From Eubacteriales bacterium (GTDB lineage: Bacteria > Bacillota > Clostridia > Oscillospirales > CAG-272), in contig JAZQRU010000013.1 in assembly GCA_045629745.1 (NCBI GenBank), forward strand, positions 12,023 to 76,022: a DNA stretch of 64,000 nucleotides. The letters are read 5' to 3'. Positions 6,712 to 15,642 of this stretch are shown here, piece by piece. Under the pieces are notes generated by a model. That model was given only the letters and a program-made list of their open reading frames with translations. It ran no database searches and was not told where the DNA came from. Numbering within the stretch: the first letter of the stretch is position 1; each line of letters begins with the position of its first letter. Position numbers and translations under genes: made by a program.

Positions 6712-9700
6712 ATGAAAAGATTTAGCAAAATCTTAGTAGCTGTGGCGGCACTTTGCCTTCTCGTCGGAGTGCTTGCACTTGCCATTTCCGCGAATTATAC
6801 CGGCGCTAAGGGTAAATTCGTTGTTAACGGCCAAGGCTACGACACGTGGGAGGGCGAAGACGGTGCGCTTGCGGCCGCTAATAACACTCACACTATTTAT
6901 CTTAACGAGGACTGGACGCTTGATACGGGCTTAACCCTTTCAGGCGCAAACACAAACGTAAAAATAAACCTTAACGGAAAAACCGTTACCGTTAAAGACG
7001 GAACCCCGTGGTTTACCGTAAAAACGAGCGCGAAGCTTACGGTTGAAGGCGAAGGTACGCTTAATAACAGTGGTCAAACGTTTATCCGAGCTCAAAATAC
7101 AGGTACCGACGTTACGGTTAATGCAACGGGCAAGGGTATCACCATCAATAATAGCTCGACGAAGGCAAACGTTTACACTTTCTACTTCACAACCGGCTCA
7201 ACGCTTAACGTTTCGGGTAAGATGGTTGTAAATACTACCGCCGCAGGTAGTTCGAGAACTATTTTTTATGTTTACGATACAAGCAAAAATTCCGTAAAGC
7301 TTAATATCAACGATGCGTATATTCTCTACGCTACTCCGACGGTTACAGGAGCTCCTCAGGGAAAAGTTATATATTCTGGATATTCCAAAATAAGCATCAA
7401 CAATTCAAAGCTTGAGGGTATCTATTCAAAGATTATATACTCTGAAACCAACAAAGGCACTACCACTGACAACACCGACGGTTTGGTAGAAATCGGCGCA
7501 ACAACCGTAAACACTGCAGAGTATATCACTGCCACAAACTCTGTGTTTATATCAACAACAGATACGAACTACACAACAACCTTCGAGGGATGCCTTATGG
7601 AATTGACCGGCGCTACGAAGGGCGATTTTACGAACTGTGAATTTTACGGATTTTCCCGAGCTATCAAGGCTATGTTAAAAGACCAAGGCAAAATAAAGAC
7701 TCACGCACATACCTCACAGCTCACGTTTTATAATTGCCATTTTAGAGAAGCTGGGAAAACCACGATGAATAGCCTTTTCGCATTCGGACCTAACTTCAAG
7801 CTTATAGGCGGCTCCGTGGCAATTAGAGGAACCATTTTTGCAGTCGGCCATGCAAGCTACAAAGAGCTTAGTAACGGCGAATGGTTTGGCGGTTACGTTG
7901 ATAACGTTCTCAGCGACAAGGACAATTTGGTTAAAGACCCCGTACCCGCCCCGGGCGATTGGAATAATACTACTATTTATAATCCCAATTCTATTATTAA
8001 GGGACTGTTAGATAAACCTGTTACTCTCACGGTTGGCGGCGAGGAGAAAACGTTTACTACGGGTTATTTCTCCGACGAGTCGATTTACGAATCATACCTT
8101 TCCGGAACTTCTGCTGAGCCTTCTGGCGTTATTGTAGTTGACGGAGTTGGATACGCCAATGAACTCGAAGCTATCGAGGCTATTAAAGAAGGCTCGACGG
8201 TTAAGCTTCTTGCAAACGTCACCTCTTATATAAACAAGAGCGGCGTATCCTACAAGCTCGATCCTAACGGATTTACCTTCCCCGGTATAATTTCTTCAAC
8301 TCACAAGCTCGTTGACTACAGCGGTGTTGGATTTTATAAGCTTGTCGAGGCTGATGCGAGTGAGATTTATACTGTAAATTACAGCTTTAATAATGAAACC
8401 AAGACTCAGATCGTTGCAATGGGAACTGTTATTCCCGAAATGACGGAAGCCTTCCCTGATATTGTAGAAGGCCCCACGAAAACAACCGTTACCGGTTGGA
8501 CTCTTCCTGTCAGCGTTCCCAACGGTTATGAGTGCGCAGGTCTTGAAATCAACGCAACTCCCGTCACATCAACGAGCGAGTTCGTAATTATGGCTGGTGG
8601 CGTTGGCTATGAAACTCTTGCAGCTGCTGTTGCAGGCGCAAACGGCGCAACCATTACGATTTATAAGGATATAACGGTTGGTGCAGTTATCAACCTTAAA
8701 GGAATTGAAGCTAGCATTAACCTTAACGGAAAAACTATCACCGCAGAAAATAATATATGGACTGTGTTTTACGTAACGAACGGCGGAAGCCTTACCGTTA
8801 CGGGAACGGGTGCATTTAATGAAGTTCGCACCGTTGCCGCTGCTGCCAATGAAAACAGTGTAGTTAACTTTTACGCAGACGGCGCTACCGATGGTATAGT
8901 TATCAATCACAAACAGGTTGATACTGACGGTTTAGATACAGACGCCACTCTCTCAGCCTTCAGTATGCAAAGCAAAACGACTCTTAACGTTTCCGGTCTC
9001 GTTACCGTAAACGCATACAACGGCAGAAGAATAGTATTCAACGTATACTCCGGTGCGGCAGCTCTTAATATTTCAAAGGCAAAGATTGTCGTTCCTCTTC
9101 TTGGAAGAGTACCCACAGCTACAGCTCCTAAGGGATATTCGTGGATTATTTATATGGGTGACGGTAATAACGTAACTATCACGGAAACGGAAATTGAAGC
9201 GCGCTACGGTCAGATTTTCCACGTTGTAGGCGCTGAGGGCACGGGCACGAAGGCGATAAGCAGCAAGAATGCGGACTATACTTGGAATGATACCGCGGCG
9301 AAGGATATTTCGATTGACACCCCGACTATGACTATCGTTGCTAAGAATTCGAGATTCTTCAGCAATTTCGATACTTTCGGAAACAGGAAATACCCCACCT
9401 TTATGGAGGTAGACGGTAAGCTTGATGCTAAGTTTGACAACTGTACTATAGCTGCCGACTACTGCGGTGTTGCCGCAATAGCAGATGCGGCAGATATAAC
9501 CACAACGAATATCAACAATCACCAGCTCCTTTTCACGGATTGTGACTTTGTTTCAAGCACAGGCAAAAACATAGGCGCTCCGTTCTTTATGTGGGGTTGT
9601 AACTATAAGATTCTCGGCGGAACCTGGAGCCTTGGCTACCATCTAACGTCGTACGGATCCCACTATTATCTTCCTCTTGAGGATTCAGAGGGTGAGCTCA

Positions 9701-12612
9701 CGGGCCGGTGGGTAGGTGGATATATGGATGGAATTTTGTTTGATAAAGCAATGACCAACCTCAAATACACCGGTGTAACTAACAAATACAGTGACTCCAC
9801 TTATGCGCCCGCTGCAAGAAGCTGTAAAATAACTCGCGTAATTGACGGCGCTGCTCGCACCTTCACGGCTGCTTACTTCAGCAACGCTAACGATTATCTC
9901 GCTGAAGCCAAGGCGTATGAAGCTCTTGGAGCATACTTTAACACCGGCGTCGAGTCTACTCCTTTTGCAAACGTTACTTGGGTTGCCGGCAACGGAACTA
10001 TTGACAAAACTCTCGGTTACGTCAAGCATTCCTTCACAGGAGAGGCGGCAGTATCACAATATTATCATACCGTTGACGGTAACGACAACGATAGCTGGAA
10101 CTATGAAAATCTCGGCACTTACGTTTGGGAATTTGACGTTTCTACAGACGACGGATGCTTCGCAAACTCTAATGTTACCGTGGAGGGCAGAGCAAACCTT
10201 CCTCGGTTTGGCGAAAACGGTGATTTTCTCGGCTACGAGCTTAAGTCCAGTACTAAGCAAACTTTCGATTTTACCGAAGATTATATAAAGTTTAACGGAA
10301 AGATCAAGAAGATTTCCACCGCAAAGGGCGATTGGACCAGAATTACGGTTGTTGTCAACGTCGTTATCGGTGAAGAAAAAACTATATCCGTTCCCGCATA
10401 CGTTGATAACGGAGGCACACTTGAAGAAGTTGCAGGTAAGACTGTTCCCATTCAGGTTGTTGACCTTACACAGAGCACGCTCAGCATTTACGTTGACGGT
10501 ATTCTCCTTGACTCTATTAACTTTGTCCGCGCACAAGACTACTTCAATGGCGCAATCCCTAAGGATTACATTGACCAAGGATACATTGAGGGCCTTCGTA
10601 TCAAGAACTCTGCAAGTAAAGCAAGCTCTATCTGCTACGATAACATCGTGTTTATGCCGATAACAAGAGCAGACGGCGAAGCTCTCGGCAGTCTTATCGG
10701 TCAGGATGGCAAGCCCGCTTCCAGCATAGTTGATAATCCTCTCTTCCTGTCCGCGCCCGATAACAATGCCGCTCCTTTCAACCCCGTAATAAGCGTTGAC
10801 GAAGTAGCATTTGAAAGCGTTAAGGAAGCTAACGCAGCTATCAAGGAAGGCTCTATTGTTGAGCTTCTTGCAAACGTTGACGAAGCAATTGAAATCAATT
10901 ATAAAGACGTTAAGTTTGTTGATAACGGATATAACTTCAAGGGCTTTGTATCCTCGGCTTACAAGTTCGTCGATTACTCTGCGGCAAGAAATGCAGACTA
11001 CTCCTTCCCTGCAGATGAAAGTGAAATCGTTACCGTTACTTATCCCGAATACGAGGGTGTGAGCGGTACTCAGACTGCGGTTATCGGAACTCTTCTTAAG
11101 GCTCCCGCAGAATTTGATGCAGTATCCAAGCTTCTTAACAAAGAAACTAAGAAGTACCAGGTGCTTGCAGGCTGGACTCTCACAGAGGGCGAAGACGTAC
11201 AGCTTGTAACGGGTGATGCTACCGCATATCCTGTGTTCGAACAGGTTGACGCAGTAGTTGTTTACTGGAAAAACGAAGACGGAACCCAAATTCTTGATAC
11301 CGACTTCTACTTCCCCGGCGCAAACACTGTTCTTGATGAGTTCAACGGCACTGACCTTGAAGTTGACCACACACCCGACTACTACGGTTACGGCAGAACC
11401 GGTTGGACCGGTAAAGACGAAGCTACCGCAGGTCTTGCTGCCTCAGGTGAATACACCGTTAAGGCAGTTATGGGCAAGGTTGCTCCCGATACCTTCCCCG
11501 GACTTAAGTATAATCTCTCGCTTTACTCGAACTACGTAATGAACTTCTACGTTCCTATGGAAATTGAAATTGAGGGTGTTACTGTTACTAACCTTACGGT
11601 TTCTACTACGCCTGACGGTTCTATGGGTATCTCCAAGTTTGACTCCGGTACTCTTGGCGGCGTTGCGGTTGACAAGTACGGCTATATACTTGGACTTGGC
11701 GACATAGAAACCAAGACCTTCTACGTAGTTTACAACGTTGGCGAAGACAGAATCGCATTCCCCGTATACGTTAGCGTTCCGGCGTACGCATACATAGTAA
11801 TGGATACGTACGAGGAAGATGAAAGCCCCAAGGGCGAAGCTACTAAGGCTCTTATCGTTAATATGATTAACTACGCAAATCAGGTATTTGATCTCGACCC
11901 TGACTTCGATAAGAATTCGGACGGTGCGAAGATTTACAATGCTATCATTGCACAGTACGGTGAAAAATACCTTAGCGACTACAAGAGTCTTACTGACGAA
12001 AGATTTAAAGAAGGTGGCGACCTTTATAGCAGCGTTGAGGCTCTAAACGTAGGCGCAACTGATGGCGACAGAGAAGCGCGTAGCTACGTTGAATCCATAA
12101 GCTTTAACTTCGATACTTACGAGCCCACGTTCCTTATCAAGTTCTCTCCGGCGGCAAAACAAATTGGAATTACGAAGCCTGACAAAAATGGCACAATTAC
12201 GTACGGACATAAGGGATTGTTCATATATTCCGGTTACGTTGGTGATAGTACGCTTTCCGCTAAGACTTGGGCTGAAAAAGACGGCGAGAAGTATTATGGC
12301 GATGCAGATTTTTGGGATAACGCTGACTACGATTACTACGCATCGACGAGCAACGGTGTATGGAATGCCACAGGCGAAAATGCGAACCGTCAGGAATATT
12401 TCAAGGTTCAGAACGTCAGAAAAGATTTAAGGATTCTGTTATACTTGGGCGACGGCACAAATGCCACAAAAGTAGGGGAAGTAAAATACAACCTTGCGGC
12501 ATACATCAATTATATGATTGAGTCTGGCGAGGATTATTCGAATTGCATTAAGGCAGCAAAAGCACTCTATGCATACTCCTACGTTTCTGAAGTGTACAAG
12601 ACAACTAAATAA
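6712..12612 (+). CDS. giant secreted/cell-surface protein (1966 aa), paralogue of 2061-6425
   Basis: The N-terminus MKRFSKILVAVAALCLLVGVLALAISA looks like a signal peptide. The first ~470 aa are nearly identical to gene 1. A second diverged copy of the same module starts at FVIMAGGVGYETLAAAV. The C-terminal region is homologous to that of gene 1 (LKYNLSLYSNYVMNFYVP versus LKLDLVAYTYFKLNLYLP, NLAAYINYM versus SLAAYIDYI). Confidence 0.85.
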   Translation: MKRFSKILVAVAALCLLVGVLALAISANYTGAKGKFVVNGQGYDTWEGEDGALAAANNTHTIYLNEDWTLDTGLTLSGANTNVKINLNGKTVTVKDGTPWFTVKTSAKLTVEGEGTLNNSGQTFIRAQNTGTDVTVNATGKGITINNSSTKANVYTFYFTTGSTLNVSGKMVVNTTAAGSSRTIFYVYDTSKNSVKLNINDAYILYATPTVTGAPQGKVIYSGYSKISINNSKLEGIYSKIIYSETNKGTTTDNTDGLVEIGATTVNTAEYITATNSVFISTTDTNYTTTFEGCLMELTGATKGDFTNCEFYGFSRAIKAMLKDQGKIKTHAHTSQLTFYNCHFREAGKTTMNSLFAFGPNFKLIGGSVAIRGTIFAVGHASYKELSNGEWFGGYVDNVLSDKDNLVKDPVPAPGDWNNTTIYNPNSIIKGLLDKPVTLTVGGEEKTFTTGYFSDESIYESYLSGTSAEPSGVIVVDGVGYANELEAIEAIKEGSTVKLLANVTSYINKSGVSYKLDPNGFTFPGIISSTHKLVDYSGVGFYKLVEADASEIYTVNYSFNNETKTQIVAMGTVIPEMTEAFPDIVEGPTKTTVTGWTLPVSVPNGYECAGLEINATPVTSTSEFVIMAGGVGYETLAAAVAGANGATITIYKDITVGAVINLKGIEASINLNGKTITAENNIWTVFYVTNGGSLTVTGTGAFNEVRTVAAAANENSVVNFYADGATDGIVINHKQVDTDGLDTDATLSAFSMQSKTTLNVSGLVTVNAYNGRRIVFNVYSGAAALNISKAKIVVPLLGRVPTATAPKGYSWIIYMGDGNNVTITETEIEARYGQIFHVVGAEGTGTKAISSKNADYTWNDTAAKDISIDTPTMTIVAKNSRFFSNFDTFGNRKYPTFMEVDGKLDAKFDNCTIAADYCGVAAIADAADITTTNINNHQLLFTDCDFVSSTGKNIGAPFFMWGCNYKILGGTWSLGYHLTSYGSHYYLPLEDSEGELTGRWVGGYMDGILFDKAMTNLKYTGVTNKYSDSTYAPAARSCKITRVIDGAARTFTAAYFSNANDYLAEAKAYEALGAYFNTGVESTPFANVTWVAGNGTIDKTLGYVKHSFTGEAAVSQYYHTVDGNDNDSWNYENLGTYVWEFDVSTDDGCFANSNVTVEGRANLPRFGENGDFLGYELKSSTKQTFDFTEDYIKFNGKIKKISTAKGDWTRITVVVNVVIGEEKTISVPAYVDNGGTLEEVAGKTVPIQVVDLTQSTLSIYVDGILLDSINFVRAQDYFNGAIPKDYIDQGYIEGLRIKNSASKASSICYDNIVFMPITRADGEALGSLIGQDGKPASSIVDNPLFLSAPDNNAAPFNPVISVDEVAFESVKEANAAIKEGSIVELLANVDEAIEINYKDVKFVDNGYNFKGFVSSAYKFVDYSAARNADYSFPADESEIVTVTYPEYEGVSGTQTAVIGTLLKAPAEFDAVSKLLNKETKKYQVLAGWTLTEGEDVQLVTGDATAYPVFEQVDAVVVYWKNEDGTQILDTDFYFPGANTVLDEFNGTDLEVDHTPDYYGYGRTGWTGKDEATAGLAASGEYTVKAVMGKVAPDTFPGLKYNLSLYSNYVMNFYVPMEIEIEGVTVTNLTVSTTPDGSMGISKFDSGTLGGVAVDKYGYILGLGDIETKTFYVVYNVGEDRIAFPVYVSVPAYAYIVMDTYEEDESPKGEATKALIVNMINYANQVFDLDPDFDKNSDGAKIYNAIIAQYGEKYLSDYKSLTDERFKEGGDLYSSVEALNVGATDGDREARSYVESISFNFDTYEPTFLIKFSPAAKQIGITKPDKNGTITYGHKGLFIYSGYVGDSTLSAKTWAEKDGEKYYGDADFWDNADYDYYASTSNGVWNATGENANRQEYFKVQNVRKDLRILLYLGDGTNATKVGEVKYNLAAYINYMIESGEDYSNCIKAAKALYAYSYVSEVYKTTK
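6891..8155 (+). repeat. ~1.27-kb near-identical direct repeat, copy 2 (partner 2249-3515)
   Basis: See copy 1. The two copies start about 4.64 kb apart. Confidence 0.85.
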
Positions 12613-12727
12613 TCCCCGCGGATAATCCCGCAAAAATAAAAGGTTCTCCAAAAAGCGAGCCGTTGACGGAATTTCTGAAAATGAAATACCGAAAAAGGCA
12701 ATCTAAAACGGAAAACCAAAAAGAGAA

Positions 12728-12756
12728 CCCCGTGCGAAATATCGCACGGGGTTTTT
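12728..12756 (+). terminator. rho-independent terminator after giant gene 2
   Basis: CCCCGTGCG-aaatat-CGCACGGGG followed by TTTTT. Confidence 0.8.
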
Positions 12757-12773
12757 AATTAAATAAAGCAGTG

Positions 12774-12802
12774 AAAAACTCCCTTTTGAAAGGGAGTTTT
12801 TT
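12774..12802. terminator. bidirectional terminator (giant gene 2 / mnmG)
   Basis: AAAAA-CTCCCTT-ttg-AAGGGAG-TTTTTT, with an A-run upstream and a T-run downstream. It lies 15 nt beyond the mnmG stop. Confidence 0.75.
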
Positions 12803-12816
12803 GGAAAAAGGCGCTT

Positions 12817-14700
12817 TTATTGTTTAGACAAATAAATCAGCAAAACGCTTACGTCGGCAGGGTTCACTCCGCTTATGCGTGATGCCTGACCTATATTAAG
12901 GGGCTTGATTTTTTCGAGCTTTTCAACGGCTTCAAGACGCAGACCTGTAATTTTTTTGTAGTCGAAATCCCGGGGGATTGTTTTTGATTCAAGCTTGCGC
13001 ATTCTTTCAGCTTCGGCAAGCTCTCTTGCAATGTATCCCTCGTATTTCATTTGAATTTCAGCGCTTTCTTTTACCGCACGGGAAAGTTCCGGGCGGTTTT
13101 TATCGATTGCGGCAAGGCTTTGATAACTAAGCTCGGGGCGCTTTATAAGCTCAGAAAGCTTTATTCCCGTTTTTATGGGGGCTGAGCCAAGCTCTGTGAG
13201 AAGCGCGTTAACCTCTTCACTAGGTGCTATAACGCATTTTTCACATCTTTTGCATTCGTCGGCAATTGCTTTTTGCTTTTCGAGGAATTGCGCATATCTA
13301 TCCTCTTTGATAAGACCTGCCGCGTAGCCGTAGGGGGTAAGCCTTGCATCTGCGTTGTCTTGCCTTAAAAGCAAGCGGAATTCGCTTCGTGACGTCATAA
13401 TTCGGTAAGGCTCTCGCGTGCCCTTGGTAACGAGGTCGTCGATAAGAGTTCCGATATACGACGAGGAACGGGGAAGTATCATTTCGGGCTTCTTTTGCAC
13501 TTTAAGCGCGGCGTTTATTCCTGCAACTATGCCCTGCGCCGCCGCTTCCTCATAGCCCGAAGTGCCGTTAAATTGCCCCGCGCCGAAAAGGCCGCCGATT
13601 TTCTTAAATTCAAGAGTTGCTGTCATTTGCGTAGGCTCTGCGCAGTCGTACTCTATTGCGTAAGCGTAACGCATAATTTCGGCATTCTCAAAGCCGGGAA
13701 GGCTCTTCAGCATTTCCGCCTGAACGTCTGTCGGCATAGAGGTTGAAAAGCCTTGTATATAAAGCTCCTCAGTGCTTTCCCCGCACGGCTCAACGAAAAG
13801 CTGATGGCGCTCTTTGTCTTGAAATCGCATGAGCTTCGTTTCGATAGAGGGGCAATATCTCGGGCCTTCACCCGTTATATTTCCTGAATACATTGCGCTT
13901 TTTTCAAGATTTTCGAGTATTATGTCGTGGGTGCTTTTGTTTGTATAAACTATATGGCAGGGAAGGGATGCGCGGCTTGAGTATTCTTCCGCATTTGTTC
14001 TTACCGAGAAAGGCATTGGGTTTTCTTCGCCCTCTTGAACTTCAAGCTTGGAAAAATCAACGCTTCTTCTATGCACTCTTGCGGGTGTTCCCGTTTTGAA
14101 GCGCATAAGCTCAATTCCAAGCTTTTTAAGCGAAGCGGAAAGTCCTTCAGAGCGCATCATTCCGTCGGGCCCGCCCGAATAAACCTTATCTCCGACGAAA
14201 ATTTCAGACTCAAGGAACGTGCCGCCGGCAATGATGGCGCAGTCGGCGGAAAAAACTTCACCGAGTCCGGTTTTTACTCCCGTGACGCGAGTTTTACCGT
14301 CGCAAAGCTCTGTGAGTATTTCAACGATTTGTGCTTGAACAAGTCTTAAATTTGGCTCTTTTTCAAGAGTTTCCTTCATTATTTCTTTATAGCGCGCGCG
14401 ATCTGCTTGTGCTCTTTTTGAATGAACCGCCGCGCCCTTTCCGAGATTAAGAGTTCTCGACTGAAGGGTAACAAGGTCTGCTGCATAGCCCATTTCACCG
14501 CCGAGGGCATCTATCTCGAAAACGAGGTGTCCCTTTGCGCTTCCGCCTATCGAGGGGTTACAGGGCATATTTCCGACGGCATCGAGATTCATAGTGAAAA
14601 GCACTGTATCAACACCCATTCGCGCGGCGGCGAGGGTGGCTTCGATGCCTGCGTGTCCTGCTCCTATTACGGCTATTTTCGTTTCGTTAAAATTCTTCAT
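12817..14700 (-). CDS. mnmG: tRNA uridine 5-carboxymethylaminomethyl modification enzyme MnmG (GidA)
   Basis: 627 aa with the FAD motif IAVIGAGHAGIEA, NPSIGGSAKGHLVFEIDALGG, and the typical length and C-terminal helical domain. Confidence 0.95.
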   Translation of the reverse strand: MKNFNETKIAVIGAGHAGIEATLAAARMGVDTVLFTMNLDAVGNMPCNPSIGGSAKGHLVFEIDALGGEMGYAADLVTLQSRTLNLGKGAAVHSKRAQADRARYKEIMKETLEKEPNLRLVQAQIVEILTELCDGKTRVTGVKTGLGEVFSADCAIIAGGTFLESEIFVGDKVYSGGPDGMMRSEGLSASLKKLGIELMRFKTGTPARVHRRSVDFSKLEVQEGEENPMPFSVRTNAEEYSSRASLPCHIVYTNKSTHDIILENLEKSAMYSGNITGEGPRYCPSIETKLMRFQDKERHQLFVEPCGESTEELYIQGFSTSMPTDVQAEMLKSLPGFENAEIMRYAYAIEYDCAEPTQMTATLEFKKIGGLFGAGQFNGTSGYEEAAAQGIVAGINAALKVQKKPEMILPRSSSYIGTLIDDLVTKGTREPYRIMTSRSEFRLLLRQDNADARLTPYGYAAGLIKEDRYAQFLEKQKAIADECKRCEKCVIAPSEEVNALLTELGSAPIKTGIKLSELIKRPELSYQSLAAIDKNRPELSRAVKESAEIQMKYEGYIARELAEAERMRKLESKTIPRDFDYKKITGLRLEAVEKLEKIKPLNIGQASRISGVNPADVSVLLIYLSKQ

Positions 14701-14709
14701 ATACTTCTC

Positions 14710-15483
14710 TTAAAACTTAATCCTTTTGACCGATTTGCATTTTTTCGTTACGTTATCTATATCAAAAAGCGCGCCGTTTGCAAATGCTTCACCGTTGCTT
14801 GCCTTGAATTTGTGGGGAAGCTTGGTTTTCATTCGTAAGATAACGGTTTCTTTGTCCATTCCGAGAATTCCGTCACCCTCGCCGCACATTCCGACGTCGG
14901 TAATATATCCCGTTCCTTCAGGCAAAACGCCTTCGTCTGCTGTTGGAACGTGAGTATGAGTGCCGAAAATAACGTTGATTTTTCCGTCGTAAGCATATCC
15001 CATAGCAAGCTTTTCGCCCGTTGCTTCTGCGTGAAAATCAAGAACGGAAAAATCGTATTTTCCCGCGGCGCTCGCAAGAGCTTTGTCTATAAAAGGATAC
15101 GGAGAATCAAGGCAGGGCTCGACGTGAACGCATCCGAGTGCGTTTATAACGAGCACGCGAAAGCCCGCACCGTCAACTACGGCATAGCCGTGACCGGGTG
15201 CAGCGTCGCCAAAGTTTATAGGGCGCAAAATTTCGTTCTTATCGTCAAGATAGGTATAGGCGCGGGTGTTGTGCATCGTGTGGTTTCCGCCTGTTATAAC
15301 GTCAGCTCCCGCTGAGAAAAGCTCTTCTGCAAGCTCCTCGGATATGCCCGTAATGAACGAGGCGTTTTCACCGTTAACGATGCAAAAATCCGCATTTTCT
15401 TCGCGCCTTACGCGCCAAAGATTTTTCTTAAGATGTTCTATGCCGCCGTGGCTTGTGACGTCACCTATTACAAGAAGTTTCAT
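14710..15483 (-). CDS. ymdB: YmdB-family metallophosphoesterase (2',3'-cyclic-nucleotide phosphodiesterase)
   Basis: MKLLVIGDV...NGENAS...GGNH motifs, and its position directly downstream of rny as in Bacillus. Confidence 0.85.
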   Translation of the reverse strand: MKLLVIGDVTSHGGIEHLKKNLWRVRREENADFCIVNGENASFITGISEELAEELFSAGADVITGGNHTMHNTRAYTYLDDKNEILRPINFGDAAPGHGYAVVDGAGFRVLVINALGCVHVEPCLDSPYPFIDKALASAAGKYDFSVLDFHAEATGEKLAMGYAYDGKINVIFGTHTHVPTADEGVLPEGTGYITDVGMCGEGDGILGMDKETVILRMKTKLPHKFKASNGEAFANGALFDIDNVTKKCKSVKRIKF

Positions 15484-15579
15484 TTTTTGAAAACCTATTC
15501 TATGCGGCTTTGCCGCTTGTATTTTAAGATTTAATTATAAGTCAAACGGATTTTTACGCGTTCAAAGAAGAACTTATAA

Positions 15580-15620
15580 AAATCAAAGGAAGAGGCATTT
15601 TTTGAAAAACCTCCTCCTTT
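15580..15620 (-). terminator. intrinsic terminator/attenuator between rny and ymdB
   Basis: On the minus strand: AAGGAGGAGG-loop-CCTCTTCCTT followed by a U-rich stretch, 23 nt after the rny stop. Confidence 0.5.
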
Positions 15621-15642
15621 TTCTTTGCGAATATACTAAGAA

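Noticed and set aside
12683-12760. 25-codon ORF (MKYRKRQSKTENQKENPVRNIARGF) after giant gene 2
   Set aside because: It has no convincing RBS, and its 3' half is simply the terminator hairpin sequence.
12817-14700. Proximity to oriC suggested by mnmG (gidA)
   Set aside because: There is no dnaA, dnaN, rsmG or parAB in the window and no cluster of DnaA boxes in the intergenic regions. The one near-consensus TTATCCAC I noticed (61468-61475) lies inside the DUF1385 CDS.
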